Below are positions 8,965-18,270 of a stretch of DNA of 64,000 bases, in pieces. Position 1 is the first letter of the stretch. The number at the start of each line of letters is the position of its first letter. The DNA comes from Prevotella sp. (GTDB lineage: Bacteria > Bacteroidota > Bacteroidia > Bacteroidales > Bacteroidaceae), in the NCBI GenBank assembly GCA_017627765.1, contig JAGAGD010000095.1, positions 252 through 64,251 of the forward strand, given 5' to 3'. The notes under the pieces were generated by a model. The model was not told the DNA's origin. It made no database searches and was given only the letters and a program-made list of their open reading frames with translations. The translations under genes were made by a program, and so were the position numbers.

Positions 8965-11095
8965 TTGTGTTTTGTTTTTGATAATTATTAGACTTGAATT
9001 TATTTGAAATTTTCTTTCCTTTGTGGAATTTTATGCTGAATGTTGCATAGACAGTGCGGCCTGGAGTGGTTGTACCGAGATGCAGACCATGAGGCGTGCG
9101 GTCAACGTAGTCGAAGATGTTGTCAACTCCCAGTTCCAGTCTGTAGTCGCAAGTCTTAGAATGTCCCAAGTCGTGAGTTGTCGTCACGCGCCAGAGCTGA
9201 TATCCCTTTCCGTTGCCGTCAATCTGATAGTAGCGTTTCGACGACATTCTTCCATATACTCCAACGCCAAGACGATAGTCATTGCTGAAGCGGTGTCCCC
9301 ACATGGCAAACACGTTACCCTTGTGGTGTGCCATGCCGTCGATGGTTACTTTCTGCATTCGGTCGTGAGTGGTATCATATTGGTTAGCACGCGTGTCGAG
9401 ATAGCTATAGCCAAGACCTACGGTAAGTTCGCGCCACGAATAGCGAGCATTGAAGTCAAGCCCATAAGTTTTGGCTGTCTCAATGTTCTTATACTGACGT
9501 GTCTTCACTGGGTCATAGAGTATGATATATTCGTCGGGAGCTTGATAATTAGGTATGGTTACAAGGGCTATCATGTTGTCGAGTTTGTTATAATAGCCCG
9601 AAAGCGTGAGCGACAATGAGCCATGAGTGTATTCGGCACTCATAGAATAATAGTTGCTCGACTGTGGTTTCAGATTCTCATTGCCAAGATAAAGATATGT
9701 GCCACTCATCTGGCGCACATAGCTATAGTAGAGTTCGCGAATGGCAGGTGTCTTAAATCCCTGACTCCATGAAGCTCTTAAGCGGAAGTCGTTGCTCAAC
9801 TTGAGCATGGCAGAGAGTTTTGGAGTCAGTTTCATTCCAAACGAAGAGTTGTGGTTAAGGCGCAAACCTGCTGTTATGTTGAGCATGTCAACAGGATTCC
9901 ATTCATCTTGAACATAGACCGACTGCGTGTAGTCGTGTGCCTTTCCGCCTCTCACTCGCGTTGGTGCTTTCAGCCAGTCGTAGCGATATTCGGCACCTAC
10001 GTTGAGCTTATTATTATAAGGTAAAGAGAAAACACCTTTCAGATTTGCCATCGTACGCTGCTGGTCGCTCTGCAATTCCTTCTGCCCTGCCAGATATGGG
10101 AAGTAGGGATAGTAGATTGTTCCTGCACTCTTGTCGTAGTCTTCAACGAGCGTTGTGGCTGTGAAGTCATAATAGTAGGCGTGGCGATTCCAGTCAACAT
10201 CAAGTTGAAGAAAGTCGGTAGCATTGAGTTTATATGTTCCTCCTGCCGATACCGAAGCGTTCTGATACTCCATGTCCCATGTCTTCACATCGTAGTGGGG
10301 ATATTTTCCGCTTGTGCGATATATACGCTTGCGGTATATGCTGCCATCGGCATAGAGTTCAAGGCGGTCGGTTGGTTTGTAGGTGAATCGCTGTGCTACC
10401 TGCCAGTTGGTGTGGCGGTTGACAGTTTTGTTGCGAGAGTCGTAGATAGGCGGTTCGGTTCCTACAGTATGCTCTGTGCCAGTGTTCTGCCATCCGTCGG
10501 AGTGCTGAAGCTGGAAGTTGGTGAGCGAACTGAACTTACCAAAGTTGAGACCTACGGCATTGTGCTGTCGCAAGTCGCCATAACTGCCAACGCGAGTTGA
10601 ATTTTCAAGCAACACACCTTCTTGGCGATGCTTCTTAGTGATGATGTTTACAACACCTGCAATGGCATCGGAGCCATAGAGGGCAGACGATGCACCTTTT
10701 ACTATTTCTATCTTTTCGATGTTCTGTGGGTCGATGAGCGACAAATCGTTCTGTCCTCCAACGTCGCCGTGAATGCGCTTTCCGTCGATTAGCACGAGAA
10801 TATAACTATTGCCAAGTCCGTTCATCTGCATCTGCGACCCCATATCGTCTTCGTTGAAACTGAATGAAGATGTGAGTGAAGAGAGAATCTCATCTATACT
10901 CTTTCCGCTGAAGTTCTTTAGCATACGCTGGTTTATCACTTCAGTCTGGACTGGAGCGTCTTTAAGCAAATGGAGCGTGCCTGTACCTGTTACAACGACT
11001 TCGGGCAACGAGTCGGACTGAACTACAGTCTGAGCATCCACATTCGAAGATAAGAGCATGCAAAATGCCCCTACTAATAGTGCTTTACTATTCAT
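8951..11095 (-). CDS. TonB-dependent receptor, first gene after a cobalamin riboswitch
   Basis: Signal peptide, TonB box LPEVVVTGT, plug motif KIEIVKGASSALYGSDAIAGVVNIIT. Overlaps the cbiK start by 14 nt. Confidence 0.92.
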   Translation of the reverse strand: MNSKALLVGAFCMLLSSNVDAQTVVQSDSLPEVVVTGTGTLHLLKDAPVQTEVINQRMLKNFSGKSIDEILSSLTSSFSFNEDDMGSQMQMNGLGNSYILVLIDGKRIHGDVGGQNDLSLIDPQNIEKIEIVKGASSALYGSDAIAGVVNIITKKHRQEGVLLENSTRVGSYGDLRQHNAVGLNFGKFSSLTNFQLQHSDGWQNTGTEHTVGTEPPIYDSRNKTVNRHTNWQVAQRFTYKPTDRLELYADGSIYRKRIYRTSGKYPHYDVKTWDMEYQNASVSAGGTYKLNATDFLQLDVDWNRHAYYYDFTATTLVEDYDKSAGTIYYPYFPYLAGQKELQSDQQRTMANLKGVFSLPYNNKLNVGAEYRYDWLKAPTRVRGGKAHDYTQSVYVQDEWNPVDMLNITAGLRLNHNSSFGMKLTPKLSAMLKLSNDFRLRASWSQGFKTPAIRELYYSYVRQMSGTYLYLGNENLKPQSSNYYSMSAEYTHGSLSLTLSGYYNKLDNMIALVTIPNYQAPDEYIILYDPVKTRQYKNIETAKTYGLDFNARYSWRELTVGLGYSYLDTRANQYDTTHDRMQKVTIDGMAHHKGNVFAMWGHRFSNDYRLGVGVYGRMSSKRYYQIDGNGKGYQLWRVTTTHDLGHSKTCDYRLELGVDNIFDYVDRTPHGLHLGTTTPGRTVYATFSIKFHKGKKISNKFKSNNYQKQNTNEED

Positions 11096-11109
11096 TATAA
11101 ATTTCAGTT

Positions 11110-11440
11110 TTGCAACTTCGTTTATCCCAGAACGATTGCTTTTTTGCTTTTTATGGCAGGTCTTCTGACTTTCCTCTCGACTGTCAGCCTTCCCAAATTT
11201 GCCATTTACGACTTAAAGACATCTTTTTGCAGGCAGCAAACTGCAAATGTGTTTTGCTTCGCCTTCATAATGACTAAGCCTAAGTGCTTAATCTCAAGTC
11301 TTTAATCTTAAACAGCCGATTCAGTGACGTTATAAATACAATCGAATAAAAATGAGGATTACAGCAGCTGGTACTGTCTCGGACTTTCACCGAATTCCCT
11401 TTCATCGAGGCATCGTCTGATGCCTGACTACCACTATTCT
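11110..11440 (-). ncRNA. Cobalamin riboswitch with extended peripheral domain
   Basis: Minus strand shows AAAAGGGAATTCGGTGAAAGTCCGAGACAGTACCAGCTGCTGTAA ... TCACTG ... GGGAAGG ... AAGTCAGAAGACCTGCC (B12 box), upstream of the TBDR. Confidence 0.92.
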
Positions 11441-11478
11441 TTTTTATCTTATCGCTTATATTTCAGATTTAACGGGTG

Positions 11479-11508
11479 CAAAATTACACATTTTTCAGCA
11501 ACTACAAG
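11479..11508 (-). promoter_or_regulatory. Bacteroidetes sigma-A promoter for the riboswitch/TBDR operon
   Basis: TAATTTTG (-7 element, 11486-11479) with CTTG about 18 nt upstream. Confidence 0.6.
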
Positions 11509-11977
11509 TGTTTTGCCGTCATTTTTTTCACTTTTCACCTAAATATTAGTTTTTTCTATACCTTTGCGAAACTAAAAAAACATCAATCTATGTGTGTATA
11601 TGCTTCAACTTTAGCCTTAGCTTTAGAGGTACAACACAACACCTTAAACTCAACACTAGAAATCAGTTAGCATTAAGACATGAAGCATCGAACAATTCTT
11701 TCACGTTTTGTAATGGTTTCTCATAACATCTAAGTTCATACAATATCAAATGGGTTTCTCTGTATTTCCATTGTTTTCGCAAACTGATTTAGTTTCTTTA
11801 CAGCAAAGTTGGATTAAACTTAATATTACAATAAAATACCTTATTATAATAATATAGAATGGCAACATTATTCATAAAACAAGATAAGCATACCAATATT
11901 ATAAACAATTAAAAAGGCGATGATTATGAAAACAAATATTAAAAACAATGGATTTTTAGTTAAAATATATGTATTTA

Positions 11978-12010
11978 TTTGGTAGATAACATCAAAACAC
12001 ACTACATTTG
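11978..12010 (+). promoter_or_regulatory. Promoter for the ABC/GntR operon
   Basis: TTTG (11978-81), 21-nt spacer, TACATTTG (12003-10). Confidence 0.7.
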
Positions 12011-12012
12011 CG

Positions 12013-12034
12013 GTGTACTATTAAAGTGGTACAC
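12013..12034. promoter_or_regulatory. Putative YtrA/GntR operator
   Basis: Palindrome GTGTACTA-N6-TGGTACAC directly after the -7 box of an operon encoding a YtrA-type regulator. Confidence 0.65.
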
Positions 12035-12088
12035 TACAACACAAGCATTCATTAGTAACATAACAAACCAAAATAGGAGGTAAAAACT

Positions 12089-12922
12089 ATGATTAGAATT
12101 GAAGACATAACCTATCATTACACAGGTTCTCGCAAGAATGTTTTCGAGAATTTCAGCCTGACATTGACCGAAAACAACATCTATGGACTGCTTGGCAAGA
12201 ACGGAACGGGCAAGTCTACCCTGCTCTACCTGATAAGCGGACTCCTGCATCAGCAATCGGGCAGCATTGAGGTTGACGGCATGGAATCGAAAAAGCGTAA
12301 TCCAGAGATGCTGAAAGAAATATTCTTCGTGCCTGAAGAGTTTGAACTGCCATCAATAAGCCTTGCACGCTATGTCGAGCTATACTCTAAATTCTACCCA
12401 CGTTTCAGCGAAGAGGTGCTGACAAAGTGCCTGAGCGACTTCAATCTTCCTCTGTCGCTGCAACTCAACACCCTCTCTATGGGACAGCGCAAGAAAGCCT
12501 TCGTAAGCCTGGCTCTTGCTACTCAGACTAAATACTTATTCATGGACGAGCCTACAAACGGACTCGACATCCCTTCAAAGTCGCAATTCAGAAGAGTTGT
12601 TGCCAACAACATGACTGATGACCGCACACTGATTATCTCTACCCATCAGGTCCATGACATCGAACAGTTGCTCGACCACATTCTCATTCTCGACAACTCA
12701 CGCCTGCTGGTTAATGCTTCTGTAGCAGACATTACATCGAAATACCGCTTCGACCTTCGCGCACCTCAAGACATGGGCAACGACGTTATCTATGCCGAGC
12801 CATCGCTGCAAGGTAACGCCTGCATCACTCTGCGCAAGGAAGACGATCAGGAAACACAACTTAATCTTGAACTTTTCTTCAATGCTGTCATCTCTCTTGA
12901 CTCTGAGAAGATTAAAATCTAA
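12089..12922 (+). CDS. ABC transporter ATP-binding protein (YtrB-like)
   Basis: Walker A GKNGTGKST, signature LSMGQ, Walker B FMDEP, H-loop ISTH. Confidence 0.93.
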   Translation: MIRIEDITYHYTGSRKNVFENFSLTLTENNIYGLLGKNGTGKSTLLYLISGLLHQQSGSIEVDGMESKKRNPEMLKEIFFVPEEFELPSISLARYVELYSKFYPRFSEEVLTKCLSDFNLPLSLQLNTLSMGQRKKAFVSLALATQTKYLFMDEPTNGLDIPSKSQFRRVVANNMTDDRTLIISTHQVHDIEQLLDHILILDNSRLLVNASVADITSKYRFDLRAPQDMGNDVIYAEPSLQGNACITLRKEDDQETQLNLELFFNAVISLDSEKIKI

Positions 12923-13010
12923 GCATTGATTTATATTCTACTCAACTTGGAAATAAACAAATAAAAAGAAGTTTCCTACATTTCATTAACAAACAAAAAA
13001 CAATACGACC

Positions 13011-13817
13011 ATGAATACTTTCAATTTCAATCGCTTTTGGCTTACTCTGAAGACCAACGTTGTGTCTAATCAGAAACGCTATATGCGAATAATATTAACA
13101 GTTTTCGTAGCACTTACTGCTGCTTATATGCTTACTGCAATAGATATTATTTTCGGAAACCGCGACCTTTCTCCACAAAATTACGCATTGTTCAGAGGAG
13201 CAGCCACTATTGGTTTCACAATGTTAGTAGGCATTTCGCCAAGTCTGATTATGAGAAACCACAACCGCAAAGAGCAGCGCATCACCCTCTTTATGCTTCC
13301 AGCATCAAGACTTGAGAAATTCATAACACAAATAATCATCTGCATAGTTGTCATACCAGTATGTTACATAATAGGTGCTGCAATTGCCGACATACTTCAG
13401 TGGATAGCTTTTTCTATAATCAATCCAGGACATGCACAGTTAGTAATGAGCCATCTATTTACAGACTGGACTCTAACGTCAGAACTTCCAGTCTACGAGG
13501 CAACACTGATTACTATATTCATCTTAATCTTGATCCTTTGGAATATGTCGCTCTATCTGCTTGGAGGTGTATTCTTCCGCCGCTATGCTTGGCTGATGAC
13601 TACAGCTACACTCTACTTCATATTCTTCATAGCAATGATAATATTGTCAAAAATAGCATTCTCTTTCTCATTCCACTACAACGTTGTTGAATCGGCTATA
13701 CCAGAACTATACATAGGAATTGCCATATTCACTGCATTCACAGTCCTCAATGTATGGCTATCTTACAGACTCTACAGCAGACTGCAAGTGATAAACAACA
13801 AATGGTTTAATATTTAA
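13011..13817 (+). CDS. ABC-2-type membrane permease
   Basis: About 6 TM helices, FMLPASRLEKF motif, located between the ATPase and GntR genes. Confidence 0.75.
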   Translation: MNTFNFNRFWLTLKTNVVSNQKRYMRIILTVFVALTAAYMLTAIDIIFGNRDLSPQNYALFRGAATIGFTMLVGISPSLIMRNHNRKEQRITLFMLPASRLEKFITQIIICIVVIPVCYIIGAAIADILQWIAFSIINPGHAQLVMSHLFTDWTLTSELPVYEATLITIFILILILWNMSLYLLGGVFFRRYAWLMTTATLYFIFFIAMIILSKIAFSFSFHYNVVESAIPELYIGIAIFTAFTVLNVWLSYRLYSRLQVINNKWFNI

Positions 13818-13864
13818 TTGAGAATTGACAATAAATAAAAACATTATTAGAAAAATTAAGACTT

Positions 13865-14215
13865 ATGACTTTCAATAACGAAAAAGCAATATATATTCAA
13901 ATGGCAGACCGACTGGCTGACGAGATTCTGGCTGGCAAATATGAAGATGACGCCAGAATACCAAGCGTGCGCGAGTATTCCGTATTGCTGCAAGTCAACA
14001 CTAACACTGCCGTTAAAGCCTATGAGCAGTTGGCTCGCGACGAAATAATCTATAACAAGCGCGGACTGGGCTACTTTGTTACTGCGGGTGCCCGACAGCG
14101 CATCCTCGAAAGCCGCAAAAAGGAATTTGTAACGGAGCGTATGCCTGAATTCATCCGACAGATGAAACTGCTCGGCATCAGCATTGACGACTTCAAGGAG
14201 ATGTACGACAAGTAA
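13865..14215 (+). CDS. GntR-family (YtrA subfamily) regulator
   Basis: Short wHTH: IYIQMAD...IPSVRE...VNTNTAVKAY...KRGLGYFV. Confidence 0.92.
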   Translation: MTFNNEKAIYIQMADRLADEILAGKYEDDARIPSVREYSVLLQVNTNTAVKAYEQLARDEIIYNKRGLGYFVTAGARQRILESRKKEFVTERMPEFIRQMKLLGISIDDFKEMYDK

Positions 14216-14384
14216 GAGTTTGAGGCTATTCGGCTTTAAGGTTGTCTGGCTATGAGGTGTAGTTAGGAATAAAAGCCTTCAAAACTCAATGACTGACAAA
14301 CGCAAAAACTCAACAGCTCACAAATCTCATAAAATAAAAGAATAATAAACTGAAAAACTCATAAACTCATAAACTAAAAGAACC

Positions 14385-17219
14385 ATGACCATCAGAAAGA
14401 TTTTAACTTCAGCACTTCTTATGCTCGCCCTGTGTGCATCTGCACAGATGGACATGCAGATTCCAATCGACCCAGAAGTAAGAATAGGTAAGTTGCCTAA
14501 TGGACTGACTTACTACATCCGCCACAACAACCAGCCACAAAACGTTGCAAACTTCTACATTGCACAGCGTGTAGGTTCTATCAACGAGAACGACGACCAG
14601 CGCGGACTGGCTCACTTCCTTGAGCACATGGCGTTCAACGGATCAGAGCATTTCCCAGGCAACAACCTCATTGAGTATCTTCGCTCACTCGGTGTTTCCT
14701 TCGGACGCGACCTCAATGCCTATACAAGCATAGACCAGACTGTGTATAATATAAATAATGTACCGTCGCAACGACAGTCTGCCGTTGACTCTTGCCTCCT
14801 CATCTTGCGCGACTGGTCAAACGGTCTTTCACTCGAAGCCGAAGAGATTGACAAGGAGAGAGGCGTTGTTCATGGAGAATGGCGAAGCGGAAGCGGACCG
14901 CAGCAGCGCATGCTCGACGCTATGTGTCCTGAACTATTCCCCGACTCTAAGTACGGACACCGCTTGCCAATCGGACTCATGTCTATCATTGACAGTTTCC
15001 GTCCACATACTCTCAGGGCTTACTACGAGAAGTGGTATCGTCCAGACAACCAGGCAATAGTTGTGGTTGGCAATGTTGACGTAGACCATGTTGAAGCTGA
15101 AATCAAACGCCTTTGGGCAGACGTCACTGTTGCTCCCGATGCTGCACAAGTCGTAACCGAACCAGTTCCCGACAACAACGAGGCTATCATCGTGATCGGA
15201 AAAGACAAAGAGCAGCAACGCAACACTATTGAGATTATGATGAAACACGATGTCATTCCCGACTCTCTGAAGGGTGATATCAGCTACATGATAATGGAAT
15301 ATGGTAAAAACGTAACGACACAGATGATTGACACTCGCCTGCAAGATGCTGCACAGCAGCCTGGCAGCGCATTCACCATGGCTTCCTCCTTCGACGGACA
15401 GTATATCTATGCTAAGTCAAAAGATGCCCTCACAACTGTAATCATACCTAAGGAGGGGCAAGATATTGAAGCCATAAAGCAGGTTATGCGCGAGCTGGAA
15501 CGTGCCCGTCAGCATGGTTTCACCGAGTCAGAATATGTTCGTGCGCGTGAAGAAATAATGAACGAATATGAGCGTATGTACACCAACCGCTCTAAGGTCG
15601 ACAACGATAAATATGCCCGCCAATATGTTGAGCACTATCTTTCTAACGAGCCTATCCCTTCTATTGAAGACAAATATGAGACTATGAAGATGATTGTGCC
15701 TATGATTCCTGTCGACATTGCCAACGAGATTGCTGCCGAACTGGTTTTGCAAAACGACACTAATCTTGTAGTTGCAGCCTTCACTCGCGACATTGACGGT
15801 ACTGCACCTTACACTGCCGAAATGGTAAAGAATGCCATCGACGAAGTGCGCAACGAAGATATTAAGCCTTACGTTGATCAGACTATCGACGAACCTCTGA
15901 TAGCAAAGATGCCAAAGAAAGGCAAGATTAAGAAGGAAACTGTAAACACAGCGTTAGGCTACACAGAACTTACTCTCTCAAACGGCATCAAGGTTAACTT
16001 GAAAAAGACTGACTTCAAAGACGACGAAATCAGATTCCAGGCTATTGCTGACGGCGGATTCTCACTCTACGACAGCAAAGACTTCGACAATATAAAGATG
16101 ATGACGATTGGACTTGGAATAAACGGACTGGGCAAGTTCTCACAGACTGACTTAGAGAAAGCACTTGCAGGAAAACACGCCAGCGTTGACTTCTCTATCG
16201 ACCAGACTGAGCAGACAGTTTCGGGAGTATCTACTCCAAAAGACTTGGAAACTCTAATGCAACTCATCTACCTGCAATTCACTAACGCAACAGCTGACAA
16301 AGCAACCTACGACCAGCTGGCTGGAATGTTCGAAATGGTGTTCAAGAACAAGGAAATGAACCCTTCAATCGTATTCGGCGACTCTATCATGTCTACCATC
16401 AACAAGCAGAACCCTCGCTATATGCTGCCCGATGGAGAAACTTTTGGACGCGCTGACTACAACCGAATAGTTGAAATAATACGCGAGCGACTGGCTAATG
16501 CTGCCGACTATACTTTCACTTTCGTGGGCAACTTCGACGAAAGCCAGATGCGCAGATTCATCGAGCAATACATCGCATCGCTGCCTGCTAAGGGAAAGAA
16601 GACCGAAGCACGCGACGTGAGAACACTGTGCAGCGGCGAGACCGTCAACAACTTCACTGCAAAGATGATTGACCCGCAAAGCATGATTTTCGAAAGCTGG
16701 CGCTCTAACAACATACCTTACACTCTGCAAAACCGAATGAAACTGGCTGTAGCTGCCGAAGTGCTCGAAGCTATCTACCTGAAGAGCATACGCGAAGATT
16801 CGGGAGCAGCCTACTCAGTGTCGGCAAGTGACGAAGTTGACACCGACGGACGCGAAATCTACTTCAGCATTCAGGCACAATGCCCATGCGACCCTGACAA
16901 GAACGCAATGGTTGTAAGCCTGTTCAGAAGCGGAATACAGGAAGCAGCAACAAAGATTGACGCCGACATGTTCAGCAAAGTGAAAGAGCAGATGCTAAAG
17001 CAGTTTGACGTTGACAGCCGCGAAAACTCTCACTGGATTAACGCGATATACCGATGGAACAAATTCGGTGTCGACTTCCAAAGCAACTACCGTCAGACTC
17101 TGCAAAGCCTCACTGCCGACGACATCTCACGCTTCATCAGCGAAGTGCTTATTGCTCCAGGCCATCACACAGAAGTGGTAATGATGCCAGAGACGGGCGG
17201 CAACGAAAACGCCAACTAA
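14385..17219 (+). CDS. M16 family zinc peptidase (PqqL-like)
   Basis: Signal peptide, GLAHFLEHMAFNG (HxxEH), LNAYTS, duplicated M16 halves. Confidence 0.92.
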   Translation: MTIRKILTSALLMLALCASAQMDMQIPIDPEVRIGKLPNGLTYYIRHNNQPQNVANFYIAQRVGSINENDDQRGLAHFLEHMAFNGSEHFPGNNLIEYLRSLGVSFGRDLNAYTSIDQTVYNINNVPSQRQSAVDSCLLILRDWSNGLSLEAEEIDKERGVVHGEWRSGSGPQQRMLDAMCPELFPDSKYGHRLPIGLMSIIDSFRPHTLRAYYEKWYRPDNQAIVVVGNVDVDHVEAEIKRLWADVTVAPDAAQVVTEPVPDNNEAIIVIGKDKEQQRNTIEIMMKHDVIPDSLKGDISYMIMEYGKNVTTQMIDTRLQDAAQQPGSAFTMASSFDGQYIYAKSKDALTTVIIPKEGQDIEAIKQVMRELERARQHGFTESEYVRAREEIMNEYERMYTNRSKVDNDKYARQYVEHYLSNEPIPSIEDKYETMKMIVPMIPVDIANEIAAELVLQNDTNLVVAAFTRDIDGTAPYTAEMVKNAIDEVRNEDIKPYVDQTIDEPLIAKMPKKGKIKKETVNTALGYTELTLSNGIKVNLKKTDFKDDEIRFQAIADGGFSLYDSKDFDNIKMMTIGLGINGLGKFSQTDLEKALAGKHASVDFSIDQTEQTVSGVSTPKDLETLMQLIYLQFTNATADKATYDQLAGMFEMVFKNKEMNPSIVFGDSIMSTINKQNPRYMLPDGETFGRADYNRIVEIIRERLANAADYTFTFVGNFDESQMRRFIEQYIASLPAKGKKTEARDVRTLCSGETVNNFTAKMIDPQSMIFESWRSNNIPYTLQNRMKLAVAAEVLEAIYLKSIREDSGAAYSVSASDEVDTDGREIYFSIQAQCPCDPDKNAMVVSLFRSGIQEAATKIDADMFSKVKEQMLKQFDVDSRENSHWINAIYRWNKFGVDFQSNYRQTLQSLTADDISRFISEVLIAPGHHTEVVMMPETGGNENAN

Positions 17220-17466
17220 TAATATGATAATAAAAAAAACTCTAAGGTCATAAGGTTGTAAGGTCATCTGATTATAAAATTAAGAAAAAAATCAGTTCCT
17301 GCACCTTAAGACCTGTGAGAAAAAACGACATAATAACCAGACAATCTATCTATATACATAATTAGTTATAAACCATAATTGAAACAAAATCACCAGCAAT
17401 GCTGGTAAACAGAAAACTAAAACAACATCTCATATAAATCATATCATTCTATCATTCATTTTTTAC

Positions 17467-17505
17467 AAGTCCGTTTGGCGCGTGATGCGTCAGACGGACT
17501 TTTTT
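17467..17505 (+). terminator. Rho-independent terminator
   Basis: AAGTCCGTTTGGCGC-gtgat-GCGTCAGACGGACTT followed by a T run. Confidence 0.8.
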
Positions 17506-17584
17506 CATTCATCATTCAACTATTAGCAATCTTAGCTGAAGAATATGAATTAAACTTTAGATTATCCTCCATAACAATCCAGCA

Positions 17585-18050
17585 TTTTGTCAAGATTTTT
17601 CAACAAGAAAAGTATGAAATATTTTGACAAACCGGTTTTTCAATCTAGAGAAAAATTTTTGTTGATTTTTTGAGTTGGCACGCTCGAAAAGTAAAAATGT
17701 GTTTAATTATTAATCAATCAGCTTAAACTTTGTGAACGAGCATAAGTAACAAAAAAGTGAAAGGTGTCCTTTCGCAATGTCAAACGTGGCATATGACACT
17801 GCGATATGTGGCATATCGCATGGTGAAAGGTGCCCTTTCGTAGTGCGAAAGGACACCTTTCACTTTTTCAAAAGTCATGAGTTTTGAGCATAAAGCTTAT
17901 AAGTCGCTGAATGATAGCTATTTATGCAAATAAAGGCAAAACTGCTCAAATACTCGCATATTTGCAAGAAAAAAATCTCAAGTCCGAAAAGTTGCCCTTA
18001 ATTTTGCGCTTCAGTTAATCAATGGCGAATTGTTTTGTCAAGATTTTTCA
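17585..18050. repeat. Dispersed intergenic element, copy 1 (MITE-like, five 22-bp palindromic units)
   Basis: Core is the reverse complement of 30845-31276. Bounded by TTTTGTCAAGATTTTTCA at 17585-602 and 18033-050. Palindrome array at 17757-17863. Confidence 0.85.
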
Positions 18051-18270
18051 GATTTTCCTGAATACTCGGAGTGTTCAGTTTACTATGAATTATCTGATTA
18101 TTCAGAATTTGTCAACGGGAGCTTTAACTTGATATAGAGCAACTATGCACTATTGTTTCTCATCAACTAAAATAAAAAAATAATCGGCTGGGCTGTATCA
18201 AATACGGCAAAATGTAGTAACTTTGCAGGCAGAAAACCAATTCACTTATTAAAAATTGAGAGAGACGACG

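Noticed and set aside
17757-17863. Palindromic array as a CRISPR
   Set aside because: Units are separated by only 3 nt, with no unique spacers and no cas genes.
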